Source of the DNA: Raja brachyura
Lineage: Eukaryota
Direction of reading: 5' to 3'
NCBI GenBank assembly: GCA_963514005.1
Contig: OY740799.1
Coordinates: forward strand, 33,170,001 to 33,234,000
DNA: 64,000 nt
Shown: positions 27,001 through 42,000 of the stretch, one piece after another
Layout of the letters: every line of letters begins with the position of its first letter
How positions within the stretch are numbered: the stretch's first letter is position 1
Program-made: the position numbers and the translations under genes
The notes under the pieces: generated by a model
Seen by the model: only the letters and a program-made list of their open reading frames with translations
Databases searched by the model: none
What the model was told of the DNA's origin: nothing

Positions 27001-30000
27001 TTTTATGAATTGACAGCAAACGTGTTCCTTTATCATATATTATCCTGGAGCAGCTACCTTTTTGCCATTTCCCTCTTGCCCACTAATTAAACTCTTCTGC
27101 ATATATGTTATACCTTTTCACCATATACAGTACGTAGCATGTTTCAAGGTGATATGGTGAGGCAACGCAACTACTCCAATAATGTTCTTCAATAGCACGC
27201 TGAGACCAACCCATCAAAGTGGAAAGAATATCCGGCTGTTAAAATCATGCAATAGTTAGTGCACAGCTGCAGTCAGCTGCCTGATAAGTGACATCTCACG
27301 TTTGTGTTTTATGCTTTTTCTCTATTGTTCTGTTCTGCACTGGCAATGAATGTTTCCCTACTTGAAGTTGTATCTTAATTCAGATCAATCAACAGTTCCC
27401 CAAACATATTGTTATTATTCCCATTTTACTGTTCCCATTTTCATTTAAACTGTAATTTGTAAGATTCATTTTGATGCACAACCATGTTTCTCAAATCTTG
27501 TTTTTTATATTTATGTTTATATTTTCCACTATGTGGTGTTTTTTTACAAGTTTGCCTTATGTTTTCTTTCTTTACATTACAGTGCCATACTGTTTGGGTG
27601 TATGGTCTCCTTGGTCTAATAATGATACACCAACACCGTCATCTCCAAATGATTATGAATTGTTGATACCATATGGCACTCAATTGTGCCCATCTTCTTC
27701 TGATAAAATTACCACCATTCAGTGCCAATTTGCCAAACATCCTGAATGGCCACTAAGTGTATCGCCAGATGTTGTGACCTGCAATAAAGAGATAGGATTG
27801 ATGTGCACATTCTCTGGATCTCCTTCTGGCCACTTTTGTAATGACTACAGAATTAGAGTTTGCTGCGAGCCAACTGAGACTACAACTGTCCCCACGACTA
27901 CAACTGAGTCTACCACCAGTCCCACGATTGGTGAGTGATACCTTCTCCAGTACTTGTTAACAGTCGTTTTAAAGGAAGGACAACTGTGTCCAAAGTATGT
28001 CCAGCTTGTGCTGGAATTGAACCAAATACAAATATTACTGCTCAATGTTGCGATGATTATAAATTTGCAGTGGCTTTTGTTGAAGTTATTCCACAACTTC
28101 TCTTTAATCAATATATGCTGATTTTGTTACTACACTTCCAAATGTGCCTTTCTTCGTTGAATATAAAGGACATGTATGCATTTGTTTACAGAAGAAACAA
28201 CAACAACAACAGCCACGACCACCACAGAATCTACCACCAGTCCTACAACTGGTAAGTGATATCTTATCTCAATGTGCACTCATAGTTTTTTTTTTATCAC
28301 AGCTGAGCTCATACACACACGTTCCCATCCTTGCTTCAAGTTTCGCAATTTCATGATCCCATTTTAGAGTCTGTGGGTTCAGTCTTGATGGTCCTCTGAT
28401 GCTGGATAGAGGTAGTGCAGCACTGACAATACTGTGCTGTTCAGCTTGAGATTTTGAGCTGGGTTTGTGAGTGTGCTGTTGTGACTGCGGTATATTTTGT
28501 GGCCAATAGCAAAGAACAGAAACATCTCTCAACTACCATGAATAATAACGATGATTACAACAAAATTTCTCAGGAAATATTTTTAAGTTCTATAGTTTAT
28601 CGGATGTAGATATGAATAAGTAGTTTCTGGTGTTCCCTATATTTCAGCTGTGACCATATTTTAATACAATTTCTTGCTGCAAGTCCTTTGCAAGATAGGA
28701 AGTATTGAAAGGAGTTTATCTCGACTTTACACAATCTCTTTTGAAATAGTCCAATTACCACCTGCATTTGTCGGTCATTCAAAATCTACGATTCAACATG
28801 GATGATTTAATTGTCCATGAATTTGTTTCTCTTTCGAAGAAACATCTACAACAACCAGCACAACTGAGTCCACAACCACTTCCACAACTGGTGGGTGGTG
28901 ATATTTTCATTTGTAAATCTTTTAAACACAAGCTCACCTATACATATACATACTATATCACATAATTTAAAACAAATGTAATGCCTTGGTAGACAAAAAT
29001 GCTGGAGAAACTCAGCAGGTGCAGCAACATCTATGCAGCGAAGGATATAGGCAACGTTTCGGGCCGAAACCCTTCTTCAGACCCTTTCGGCCCGAAGCGT
29101 TGCCTATTTCCTTCACTCCATAGATGCTGCTGCACCCGCTGAGTTTCACCAACATTTTTGTCTACCTTCGATTTTCCAGCATCTACAGTTCCTTCGTAAA
29201 TAAATGTAATGCCTTTATTATTTTCCAGAAGAAACCACTCCCACGGTGACACCAAGCACCACCACCACCTACACAACAGGTGAGTGATCACCTCTGTCAG
29301 TAGCTTATTACCAGCCGTAACGTTCAGTCATTCAATTTCAACTTCTGCTTGCCTTCAGTTTAATCATTCTTCAACTTGCATGTAATGCTTTTATTTGCAG
29401 AAAAAACAACAATAACAACGCCAGGGCCACCCACAACCACGTCTACCACCAGCCCCACAACTGGTGAGTAATGCATTTTATCAATCATTTTAACACAAAT
29501 ATGCTCACAGTACCACTTGCAGGTTGTGACAATGATGATCACTCTTGCCTTGTGCAACACAATTTTACCTCAGCAGCTCATGGGATGTTATCGAATTTCA
29601 AAGTCTTGAGATTCAAACTAGAATTGTGTTTTAATGCAATGCAAAGGAACGACAGTAATGCCCAAAGTATGTGCTGGAGTTGAAACACATACAAATATTA
29701 CTGGTGAATGTAGTATGGATTGTATATTTGCAGTGACTATGTTGAAATATTATTCCACAACTTCTTTTAATTTGTGCAATATATGTTCATTTTGTTACTC
29801 CTCTCTCAAATGTGTAATTCTTCAAGTTGAATGTAAAGGCCGTGTATGTATGTGTTTACAGAAAGAACTACACCAACAGCGACAACAACAACAGAATCTA
29901 CCACCAGTCCCACAACTGGTGAGTGATAACTACTCTCAATGTGAACCCATGGGTTTTTATATCACAGCTAAGCTCATAAACATTATTTTCAGTTGCACTA

Positions 30001-33000
30001 CTTTCCCTTCCTTTCTTCAATTTCACTTCATCCATAACAGATGAGTGATCGCCTCTGTCAGTATATACTCACTGGCTGTTGGATTTGGTTGTTCAATTAA
30101 AACTTCTACTCATCTTCAGTGAAAGTCTAATAATTTGACCTTTCCACTACAATTTCCAATAACAAGCATTGGTCTAAATATTGAATGAAGGGTCCTGAAA
30201 TTTATTTCTGCAGACAATTATTAGAATCCTCTTCTTTAAATGATGGCAACTATGATGATCAGCCAGCCTGTGTGAGTCTCAATAAAGCATCTCTCATGGG
30301 TAATTAAGCTATGTAATTCATAATAAAAGTGCAATGGTAGGTTTTCTGGTGATTGCTATAAATAAGTGGGTACACCACACTGAAATGCATTGAAGTCTTT
30401 GAGGGAATGAAAACTGAGCAAAAATCGTGCAGGACTATACTATTTTGTTGCTGCTGCATCTCCACTCGTGATGGTTCTGCAGAGAAGAAAATAATTTTTC
30501 CATGTCTAAATTGTTTTCACATTTCTCAATAATTTCTCAGCATTACACTTGAAAGTTCCAAGTGATCAACAGTATGTTAAGTGCAGTTACCACGCTTGCT
30601 CACAAAATAATGTTCTATTGAAAGTATGGTTTCCTTGTGATGCAGATAAATCACCCAGCACATTATATTGCTGAATGGAGTATGGTTATCATTTTGAAGC
30701 CATTTGCTGAAATTATGTTACACAATCATTTATCCGGCTAATTTTCTACTTCCTCAGTTGTGCCATTCATCGTTGAATGGTCATGAATGCTTTTATTTTC
30801 TTAAGAAACAATAACAGTATCAACCATAACTGAGTTTACCACCAGTCAGATAACTGGTGGGTGATGCCTTCATTCAATATTAATTCATGGATATTTTAAA
30901 GCAACTATCCTTTTAAGCACTGCAAGCTTGAACTTTATTGGCTTGCCACAATCGTTTTAATTTCAGCGCAGTAGAGTTCTATCCTTCTCCAGAATCTTAA
31001 GGGTTCACTCGAGGTTGGTGATATGGCACAGAACAGATCAAATATATCTCCTTCATCAACATTCGGAATTATTTCTGTATCAAGCACTGGAAATTTGGGT
31101 TGCCATACAGCCATACGAATAAAAAAGGAACACAACACACGATAGAATTTAACATAGACATCCCCACACAGCAGAATCAACGTTTCCCACTGTGAGGGAA
31201 GGCAATAAAGTTCAGCCATCTTCCTCTTTGTTTACCCGTGGTCGGGGGCCCCAATGTTCAGGCCCTCGCCGGGATGATCGGAACTCCGACGTCGGAATGG
31301 AGAACTCTCTCAGCGACTTGGAGTTCCGAACCGGCCACCTACCGGAGACCAGGGCTCCCGATGTCCACAGGCCGTGCTTGGCGGAGATTCACACTGGCGT
31401 CCTCGCCAAAGGGACCACCAGGACTCCGCGATGTTGTTCAGCATTGCCTGCGGCTAGAAGCTCCGCAACCATAGTTCTACGATGTTAAAACAGTAGGCCC
31501 AATGCTCCGGAGCTTCATCAAACGATCCCCAGTAAGGAACAGACAGCTCCACTCAGAGGTGTTAATTCAGTGCTGCGTCGCTGTTGAAGCTCTGGTCGGT
31601 CTCCGGAAGGAACGGCCGCGCCAATCCAGTTTGTCTGCCGCGAGGAGTGGGCGAAGATGAGAATAGTCGCATCCTCGCCAGGAAGAGACTGAGAAAAGGT
31701 TCCCCACCCCCCTACCCTGACCCACTACCCCACATAAAAAGACTAAGAATACCTCCAAAACATACTTTTAAACAGACTAAAAATAACAAAAAGATGAAAA
31801 AAAAAGACAGAATGCAAACAGAGGCTGCCTTCAAATGGCGCCCCCTGTGGTAATGTAAATGTAATCATACAACTGAAATCTGAGATACCATATTGGAGAG
31901 AGATTAAAGACCAAATGTGATATACAAAACCAGCTGATTATCTGAAAGCTAAATTTACTCTTGGGTCCTAAAGCCATATGCGTAGTTGGAAGATGAGGTA
32001 CTGTAACTTACACTGAGTACTGAACTTTATTGGAAATGTGTTGGAGATACAAAGTGGAAACGTAGGGAACATTTAAATGACTGACATATAAAATCTCATA
32101 AATAACATATACTACAGTAAATCTGTTTTGGTCTCCACTCTGCTGTGGACCCTCCCTTTCCTTTTCTTGTATATTCACTGCCTATCCTGATTATTTTTAA
32201 GATTTTATTTGTTTCTTTGCAGTAACACTTTTTCCAGACATACCCCTTGTTCTTTCTTCTCCTTTCCTTCCATCTTTCAGTCACTATTTGGGTCACTCAA
32301 TCTCTCCTGGTCTCCAGCCCATCACATCATCCCCTATTTCTCTGCACTGTAAATTTTGTTGCATTCTAAATTTTCCAGTACTTATAAAATAGAATCAGTC
32401 TCAAATGTTAATTCTTAACAGATGCTGCTTGACCTACCAAGTACTCCCAGTCATTTCTGCTTTCATTTTTCTTATGTCTGAAATCTGCTTGAGCGGTATA
32501 AGAATTGAGTTGACTTTGTGATTTGAATTTGTTTGTTATTTTCCAGAAGAAACATCAACTGTTACATCAACCAGCATTCCTTCCACAACAGGTAGGTGTT
32601 GGCTTTTTCAATATATATATATATTTTGCAACCTCAACTGATCACAATGAAAATCCATTTGTTTTCTTCTCTATCATCGTCATCGTTGAAAACATCAACG
32701 TGCACGGTGCCTTACAATGCTATGTACGACAGTGATCATAACTTCTACTGAAGTGTGGATGGCCGTTGGCTCGCTTGGAGCTAATCTGCCTTTTGACAGG
32801 TCTTGTTTTTGGTCCTGCAGTGGGTTCACTGCCCCCTCCTCACCTGGCAAACTAGGTGGGGGAGACAGTTTAGTCACCGACTATCCGACCATGGAGCAGG
32901 TAGCACGGGATTACATGGTACCCGTGGCGGGTGGTAATCCCCCCTATCTTCTCTACCTTTTTGATATATTAGACCCTGTTCCCTGTTCCCCATTTTTACT

Positions 33001-36000
33001 GTCATAAGTAAAATGTTCGGTCACTCACAATGGCAGCTACTTTTATCATCATGCAGATATTTGAACTCCCTTCTTTATAAGAATATGATAGGTAACTTCT
33101 TTATTTGGGCATGCGAGGAAACTGTTTGGCCCATTGTGTCCTTTTCAACTTCCAACAGCACAATGTCATGTCCCCTGCTTATTTCCCTGTATTTCTACAA
33201 CATATTCTCTTCCACATCCACTCTCCTTTGATTCTTTTGGTATTGGTCTATACAAAGGAATAATTTACAAGAGCCAATTAATCTACCAGCATGTCTCTGG
33301 GTGACAGGAGGAACTCAAGGAAGTACAGGGAGCCAATATGAGCTCCATACAAACAGCACCTAATATCAGGATTGAACTTGGATCTCTCAAGCTTTCAGGC
33401 AAAGGCAAGGCACAGCCTTCCACAGCTTGTTGAGAGTGGTCTTCTTTTCATTATAATCTCTTTCCTCCTTTAACTCTTGATTCTGTTTTATGAATTGACA
33501 GCAAACGTGTTCCTTTATCATATATTATCCTGGAGCAGCTACCTTTTTGCCATTTCCCTCTTGCCCACTAATTAAACTCTTCTGCATATATGTTATACCT
33601 TTTCACCATATACAGTACGTAGCATGTTTCAAGGTGATATGGTGAGGCAACGCAACTACTCCAATAATGTTCTTCAATAGCACGCTGAGACCAACCCATC
33701 AAAGTGGAAAGAATATCCGGCTGTTAAAATCATGCAATAGTTAGTGCACAGCTGCAGTCAGCTGCCTGATAAGTGACATCTCACGTTTGTGCTTTATGCT
33801 TTTTCTCTATTGTTCTGTTCTGCACTGGCAATGAATGTTTCCCTACTTGAAGTTGTATCTTAATTCAGATCAATCAACAGTTCCCCAAACATATTGTTAT
33901 TATTCCCATTTTACTGTTCCCATTTTCATTTAAACTGTAATTTGTAAGATTCATTTTGATGCACAACCATGTTTCTCAAATCTTGTTTTTTATATTTATG
34001 TTTATATTTTCCACTATGTAGTGTTTTTTTACAAGTTTGCCTTATGTTTTCTTTCTTTACATTACAGTGCCATACTGTTTGGGTGTATGGTCTCCTTGGT
34101 CTAATAATGATACACCAACACCGTCATCTCCAAATGATTATGAATTGTTGATACCATATGGCACTCAATTGTGCCCATCTTCTTCTGATAAAATTACCAC
34201 CATTCAGTGCCAATTTGCCAAACATCCTGAATGGCCACTAAGTGTATCGCCAGATGTTGTGACCTGCAATAAAGAGATAGGATTGATGTGCACATTCTCT
34301 GGATCTCCTTCTGGCCACTTTTGTAATGACTACAGAATTAGAGTTTGCTGCGAGCCAACTGAGACTACAACTGTCCCCACGACTACAACTGAGTCTACCA
34401 CCAGTCCCACGACTGGTGAGTGATACCTTCTCCAGTACTTGTTAACAGTCGTTTTAAAGGAAGGACAACTGTGTCCAAAGTATGTCCAGCTTGTGCTGGA
34501 ATTGAACCAAATACAAATATTACTGCTCAATGTTGCGATGATTATAAATTTGCAGTGGCTTTTGTTGAAGTTATTCCACAACTTCTCTTTAATCAATATA
34601 TGCTGATTTTGTTACTACACTTCCAAATGTGCCTTTCTTCGTTGAATATAAAGGACATGTATGCATTTGTTTACAGAAGAAACAACAACAACAACAACAG
34701 CCACGACCACCACAGAATCTACCACCAGTCCTACAACTGGTAAGTGATATCTTATCTCAATGTGCACTCATAGTTTTTTTTTATCACAGCTGAGCTCATA
34801 CACACACGTTCCCATCCTTGCTTCAAGTTTCGCAATTTCATGATCCCATTTTAGAGTCTGTGGGTTCAGTCTTGATGGTCCTCTGATGCTGGATAGAGGT
34901 AGTGCAGCACTGACAATACTGTGCTGTTCAGCTTGAGATTTTGAGCTGGGTTTGTGAGTGTGCTGTTGTGACTGCGGTATATTTTGTGGCCAATAGCAAA
35001 GAACAGAAACATCTCTCAACTACCATGAATAATAACGATGATTACAACAAAATTTCTCAGGAAATATTTTTAAGTTCTATAGTTTATCGGATGTAGATAT
35101 GAATAAGTAGTTTCTGGTGTTCCCTATATTTCAGCTGTGACCATATTTTAATACAATTTCTTGCTGCAAGTCCTTTGCAAGATAGGAAGTATTGAAAGGA
35201 GTTTATCTCGACTTTACACAATCTCTTTTGAAATAGTCCAATTACCACCTGCATTTGTCGGTCATTCAAAATCTACGATTCAACATGGATGATTTAATTG
35301 TCCATGAATTTGTTTCTCTTTCGAAGAAACATCTACAACAACCAGCACAACTGAGTCCACAACCACTTCCACAACTGGTGGGTGGTGATATTTTCATTTG
35401 TAAATCTTTTAAACACAAGCTCACCTATACATATACATACTATATCACATAATTTAAAACAAATGTAATGCCTTGGTAGACAAAAATGCTGGAGAAACTC
35501 AGCAGGTGCAGCAACATCTATGCAGCGAAGGATATAGGCAACGTTTCGGGCCGAAACCCTTCTTCAGACCCTTTCGGCCCGAAGCGTTGCCTATTTCCTT
35601 CACTCCATAGATGCTGCTGCACCCGCTGAGTTTCACCAACATTTTTGTCTACCTTCGATTTTCCAGCATCTACAGTTCCTTCGTAAATAAATGTAATGCC
35701 TTTATTATTTTCCAGAAGAAACCACTCCCACGGTGACACCAAGCACCACCACCACCTACACAACAGGTGAGTGATCACCTCTGTCAGTAGCTTATTACCA
35801 GCCGTAACGTTCAGTCATTCAATTTCAACTTCTGCTTGCCTTCAGTTTAATCATTCTTCAACTTGCATGTAATGCTTTTATTTGCAGAAAAAACAACAAT
35901 AACAACGCCAGGGCCACCCACAACCACGTCTACCACCAGCCCCACAACTGGTGAGTAATGCATTTTATCAATCATTTTAACACAAATATGCTCACAGTAC

Positions 36001-39000
36001 CACTTGCAGGTTGTGACAATGATGATCACTCTTGCCTTGTGCAACACAATTTTACCTCAGCAGCTCATGGGATGTTATCGAATTTCAAAGTCTTGAGATT
36101 CAAACTAGAATTGTGTTTTAATGCAATGCAAAGGAACGACAGTAATGCCCAAAGTATGTGCTGGAGTTGAAACACATACAAATATTACTGCTGAATGTAG
36201 TATGGATTGTATATTTGCAGTGACTATGTTGAAATATTATTCCACAACTTATTTTAATTTGTGCAATATATGTTCATTTTGTTACTCCTCTCTCAAATGT
36301 GTAATTCTTCAAGTTGAATGTAAAGGTCGTGTATGTATGTGTTTACAGAAAGAACTACACCAACAGCGACAACAACAACAGAATCTACCACCAGTCCCAC
36401 AACTGGTGAGTGATAACTACTCTCAATGTAAACCCATGGGTTTTTATATCACAGCTAAGCTCATAAACATTATTTTCAGTTGCACTACTTTCCCTTCCTA
36501 TCTTCAATTTCACTTCATCCATAACAGATGAGTGATCACCTCTGTCAGTATATACTCACTGGCTGTTGGATTTGGTTGTTCAATTAAAACTTCTACTCAT
36601 CTTCAGTGAAAGTCTAATAATTTGACCTTTCCACTACAATTTCCAATAACAAGCATTGGTCTAAATATTGAATGAAGGGTCCTGAAATTTATTTCTGCAG
36701 ACAATTATTAGAATCCTCTTCTTTAAATGATGGCAACTATGATGATCAGCCAGCCTGTGTGAGTCTCAATAAAGCATCTCTCATGGGTAATTAAGCTATG
36801 TAATTCATAATAAAAGTGCAATGGTAGGTTTTCTGGTGATTGCCATAAATAAGTGGGTACACCACACTGAAATGCATTGAAGTCTTTGAGGGAATGAAAA
36901 CTGAGCAAAAATCGTGCAGGACTATACTATTTTGTTGCTGCTGCATCTCTACTCGTGATGGTTCTGCAGAGAAGAAAATAATTTTTCCATGTCTAAATTG
37001 TTTTCACATTTCTCAATAATTTCTCAGCATTACACTTGAAAGTTCCAAGTGATCAACAGTATGTTAAGTGCAGTTACCACACTTGCTCACAAAATAATGT
37101 TCTATTGAAAGTATGGTTTCCTTGTGATGCAGATAAATCACCCAGCACATTATATTGCTGAATGGAGTATGGTTATCATTTTGAAGCCATTTGCTGAAAT
37201 TATGTTACACAATCATTTATCCGGCTAATTTTCTACTTCCTCAGTTGTGCCATTCATCGTTGAATGGTCATGAATGCTTTTACTTTCTTAAGAAACAATA
37301 ACAGTATCAACCATAACTGAGTTTACCACCAGTCAGATAACTGGTGGGTGATGCCTTCATTCAATATTAATTCATGGATATTTTAAAGCAACTATCCTTT
37401 TAAGCACTGCAAGCTTGAACTTTATTGGCTTGCCACAATCGTTTTAATTTCAGCGCAGTAGAGTTCTATCCTTCTCCAGAATCTTAAGGGTTCACTCGAG
37501 GTTGGTGATATGGCACAGAACAGATCAAATATATCTCCTTCATCAACATTCGGAATTATTTCTGTATCAAGCACTGGAAATTTGGGTTGCCATACAGCCA
37601 TACGAATAAAAAAGGAACACAACACACGATAGAATTTAACATAGACATCCCCACACAGCAGAATCAACGTTTCCCACTGTGAGGGAAGGCAATAAAGTTC
37701 AGCCATCTTCCTCTTTGTTTACCCGTGGTCGGGGGCCCCAATGTTCAGGCCCTCGCCGGGATGATCGGAACTCCGACGTCGGAATGGAGAACTCTCTCAG
37801 CGACTTGGAGTTCCGAACCGGCCACCTACTGGAGACCAGGGCTCCCGATGTCCACAGGCCGTGCTTGGCGGAGATTCACACTGGCGTCCTCGCCAAAGGG
37901 ACCACCAGGACTCCGCGATGTTGTTCAGCATTGCCTGCGGCTAGAAGCTCCGCAACCATAGTTCTACGATGTTAAAACAGTAGGCCCAATGCTCCGGAGC
38001 TTCATCAAACGATCCCCAGTAAGGAACAGACAGCTCCACTCAGAGGTGTTAATTCAGTGCTGCGTCGCTGTTGAAGCTCTGGTCGGTCTCCGGAAGGAAC
38101 GGCCGCGCCAATCCAGTTTGTCTGCCGCGAGGAGTGGGCGAAGATGAGAATAGTCGCATCCTCGCCAGGAAGAGACTGAGAAAAGATTCCCCACCCCCCT
38201 ACCCTGACCCACTACCCCACATAAAAAGACTAAGAATACCTCCAAAACATACTTTTAAACAGACTAAAAATAACAAAAAGATGAAAAAAAAAGACAGAAT
38301 GCAAACAGAGGCTGCCTTCAAATGGCGCCCCCCTGTGGTAATGTAAATGTAATCATACAACTGAAATCTGAGATACCATATTGGAGAGAGATTAAAGACC
38401 AAATGTGATATACAAAACCAGCTGATTATCTGAAAGCTAAATTTACTCTTGGGTCCTAAAGCCATATGCGTAGTTGGAAAATGAGGTACTGTAACTTACA
38501 CTGAGTACTGAACTTTATTGGAAATGTGTTGGAGATACAAAGTGGAAACGTAGGGAACATTTAAATGACTGACATATAAAATCTCATAAATAACATATAC
38601 TACAGTAAATCTGTTTTGGTCTCCACTCTGCTGTGGATCCTCCCTTTCCTTTTCTTGTATACTCACTGCCTATCCTGATTATTTTTAAGATTTTATTTGT
38701 TTCTTTGCAGTAACACTTTTTCCAGACATACCCCTTGTTCTTTCTTCTCCTTTCCTTCCATCTTTCAGTCACTATTTGGGTCACTCAATCTCACCTGGTC
38801 TCCAGCCCATCACATCATCCCCTATTTCTCTGCACTGTAAATTTTGTTGCATTCTAAATTTTCCAGTACTTATAAAATAGAATCAGTCTCAAATGTTAAT
38901 TCTTAACAGATGCTGCTTGACCTACCAAGTACTCCCAGTCATTTGTGCTTTCATTTTTCTTATGTCTGAAATCTGCTTGAGCGGTATAAGAATTGAGTTG

Positions 39001-42000
39001 ACTTTGTGATTTGAATTTGTTTGTTATTTTCCAGAAGAAACATCAACTGTTACATCAACCAGCATTCCTTCCACAACAGGTAGCTGTTGGCTTTTTCAAT
39101 ATATATTTATTTTGCAACCTCAACTGATCACAATGAAAATCCATTTGTTTTCTTCTCTATCATCGTCATAAACATCAACGTGCACGGTGCCTTACAATGC
39201 TATGTACGACAGTGATCATAACTTCTACTGAAGTGTGGATGGCCGTTGGCTCGCTTGGAGCTAATCTGCCTTTTGACAGGTCTTGTTTTTGGTCCTGCAG
39301 TGGGTTCACTGCCCCCTCCTCACCTGGCAAACTAGGTGGGGGAGACGGTTTAGTCACCGACTATCCGACCATGGAGCAGGTAGCACGGGATTACATGGTA
39401 CCCGTGGCGGGTGGTAATCCCCCCTATCTTCTCTACCTTTTTGATATATTAGACCCTGTTCCCTGTTCCCCATTTTTACTGTCATAAGTAAAATGTTCGG
39501 TCACTCACAATGGCAGCTACTTTTATCATCATGCGGAAATTTGAACTCCCTTCTTTATAAGAATATGATAGGTAACTTCTTTATTTGGGCATGCGAGGAA
39601 ACTGTTTGGCCCATTGTGTCCTTTTCAACTTCCAACAGCACAATGTCATGTCCCCTGCTTATTTCCCTGTATTTCTACAACATATTCTCTTCCACATCCA
39701 CTCTCCTTTGATTCTTTTGGTATTGGTCTATACAAAGGAATAATTTACAAGAGCCAATTAATCTACCAGCATGTCTCTGGGTGACAGGAGGAACTCAAGG
39801 AAGTACAGGGAGCCAATATGAGCTCCATACAAACAGCACCTAATATCAGGATTGAACTTGGATCTCTCAAGCTTTCAGGCAAAGGCAAGGCACAGCCTTC
39901 CACAGCTTGTTGAGAGTGGTCTTCTTTTCATTATAATCTCTTTCCTCCTTTAACTCTTGATTCTGTTTTATGAATTGACAGCAAACGTGTTCCTTTATCA
40001 TATATTATCCTGGAGCAGCTACCTTTTTGCCATTTCCCTCTTGCCCACTAATTAAACTCTTCTGCATATATGTTATACCTTTTCACCATATACAGTACGT
40101 AGCATGTTTCAAGGTGATATGGTGAGGCAACGCAACTACTCCAATAATGTTCTTCAATAGCACGCTGAGACCAACCCATCAAAGTGGAAAGAATATCCGG
40201 CTGTTAAAATCATGCAATAGTTAGTGCACAGCTGCAGTCAGCTGCCTGATAAGTGACATCTCACGTTTGTGCTTTATGCTTTTTCTCTATTGTTCTGTTC
40301 TGCACTGGCAATGAATGTTTCCCTACTTGAAGTTGTATCTTAATTCAGATCAATCAACAGTTCCCCAAACATATTGTTATTATTCCCATTTTACTGTTCC
40401 CATTTTCATTTAAACTGTAATTTGTAAGATTCATTTTGATGCACAACCATGTTTCTCAAATCTTGTTTTTTATATTTATGTTTATATTTTCCACTATGTG
40501 GTGTTTTTTTACAAGTTTGCCTTATGTTTTCTTTCTTTACATTACAGTGCCATACTGTTTGGGTGTATGGTCTCCTTGGTCTAATAATGATACACCAACA
40601 CCGTCATCTCCAAATGATTATGAATTGTTGATACCATATGGCACTCAATTGTGCCCATCTTCTTCTGATAAAATTACCACCATTCAGTGCCAATTTGCCA
40701 AACATCCTGAATGGCCACTAAGTGTATCGCCAGATGTTGTGACCTGCAATAAAGAGATAGGATTGATGTGCACATTCTCTGGATCTCCTTCTGGCCACTT
40801 TTGTAATGACTACAGAATTAGAGTTTGCTGCGAGCCAACTGAGACTACAACTGTCCCCACGACTACAACTGAGTCTACCACCAGTCCCACGACTGGTGAG
40901 TGATGCCTTCTCCAGTACTTGTTAACAGTCGTTTTAAAGGAAGGACAACTGTGTCCAAAGTATGTCCAGCTTGTGCTGGAATTGAACCAAATACAAATAT
41001 TACTGCTCAATGTTGCGATGATTATAAATTTGCAGTGGCTTTTGTTGAAGTTATTCCACAACTTCTCTTTAATCAATATATGCTGATTTTGTTACTACAC
41101 TTCCAAATGTGCCTTTCTTCGTTGAATATAAAAGACATGTATGCATTTGTTTACAGAAGAAACAACAACAACAACAGCTACGACCACCACAGAATCTACC
41201 ACCAGTCCTACAACTGGTAAGTGATATCTTATCTCAATGTGCACTCATAGTTTTTTTTTTATCACAGCTGAGCTCATACACACACGTTCCCATCCTTGCT
41301 TCAAGTTTCGCAATTTCATGATCCCATTTTAGAGTCTGTGGGTTCAGTCTTGATGGTCCTCTGATGCTGGATAGAGGTAGTGCAGCACTGACAATACTGT
41401 GCTGTTCAGCTTGAGATTTTGAGCTGGGTTTGTGAGTGTGCTGTTGTGACTGCGGTATATTTTGTGGCCAATAGCAAAGAACAGAAACATCTCTCAACTA
41501 CCATGAATAATAACGATGATTACAACAAAATTTCTCAGGAAATATTTTTAAGTTCTATAGTTTATCGGATGTAGATATGAATAAGTAGTTTCTGGTGTTC
41601 CCTATATTTCAGCTGTGACCATATTTTAATACAATTTCTTGCTGCAAGTCCTTTGCAAGATAGGAAGTATTGAAAGGAGTTTATCTCGACTTTACACAAT
41701 CTCTTTTGAAATAGTCCAATTACCACCTGCATTTGTCGGTCATTCAAAATCTACGATTCAACATGGATGATTTAATTGTCCATGAATTTGTTTCTCTTTC
41801 GAAGAAACATCTACAACAACCAGCACAACTGAGTCCACAACCACTTCCACAACTGGTGGGTGGTGATATTTTCATTTGTAAATCTTTTTAACACAAGCTC
41901 ACCTATACATATACATACTATATCACATAATTTAAAACAAATGTAATGCCTTGGTAGACAAAAATGCTGGAGAAACTCAGCAGGTGCAGCAACATCTATG

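Noticed and set aside
27471-27938. 155-aa ORF with a hydrophobic N-terminus looking like a stand-alone secreted CysD gene
   Set aside because: The hydrophobic part is the translated T-rich polypyrimidine tract, begins at a non-ATG codon and has a stop in copies 1 and 3. The real exon is bounded by AG/GT.
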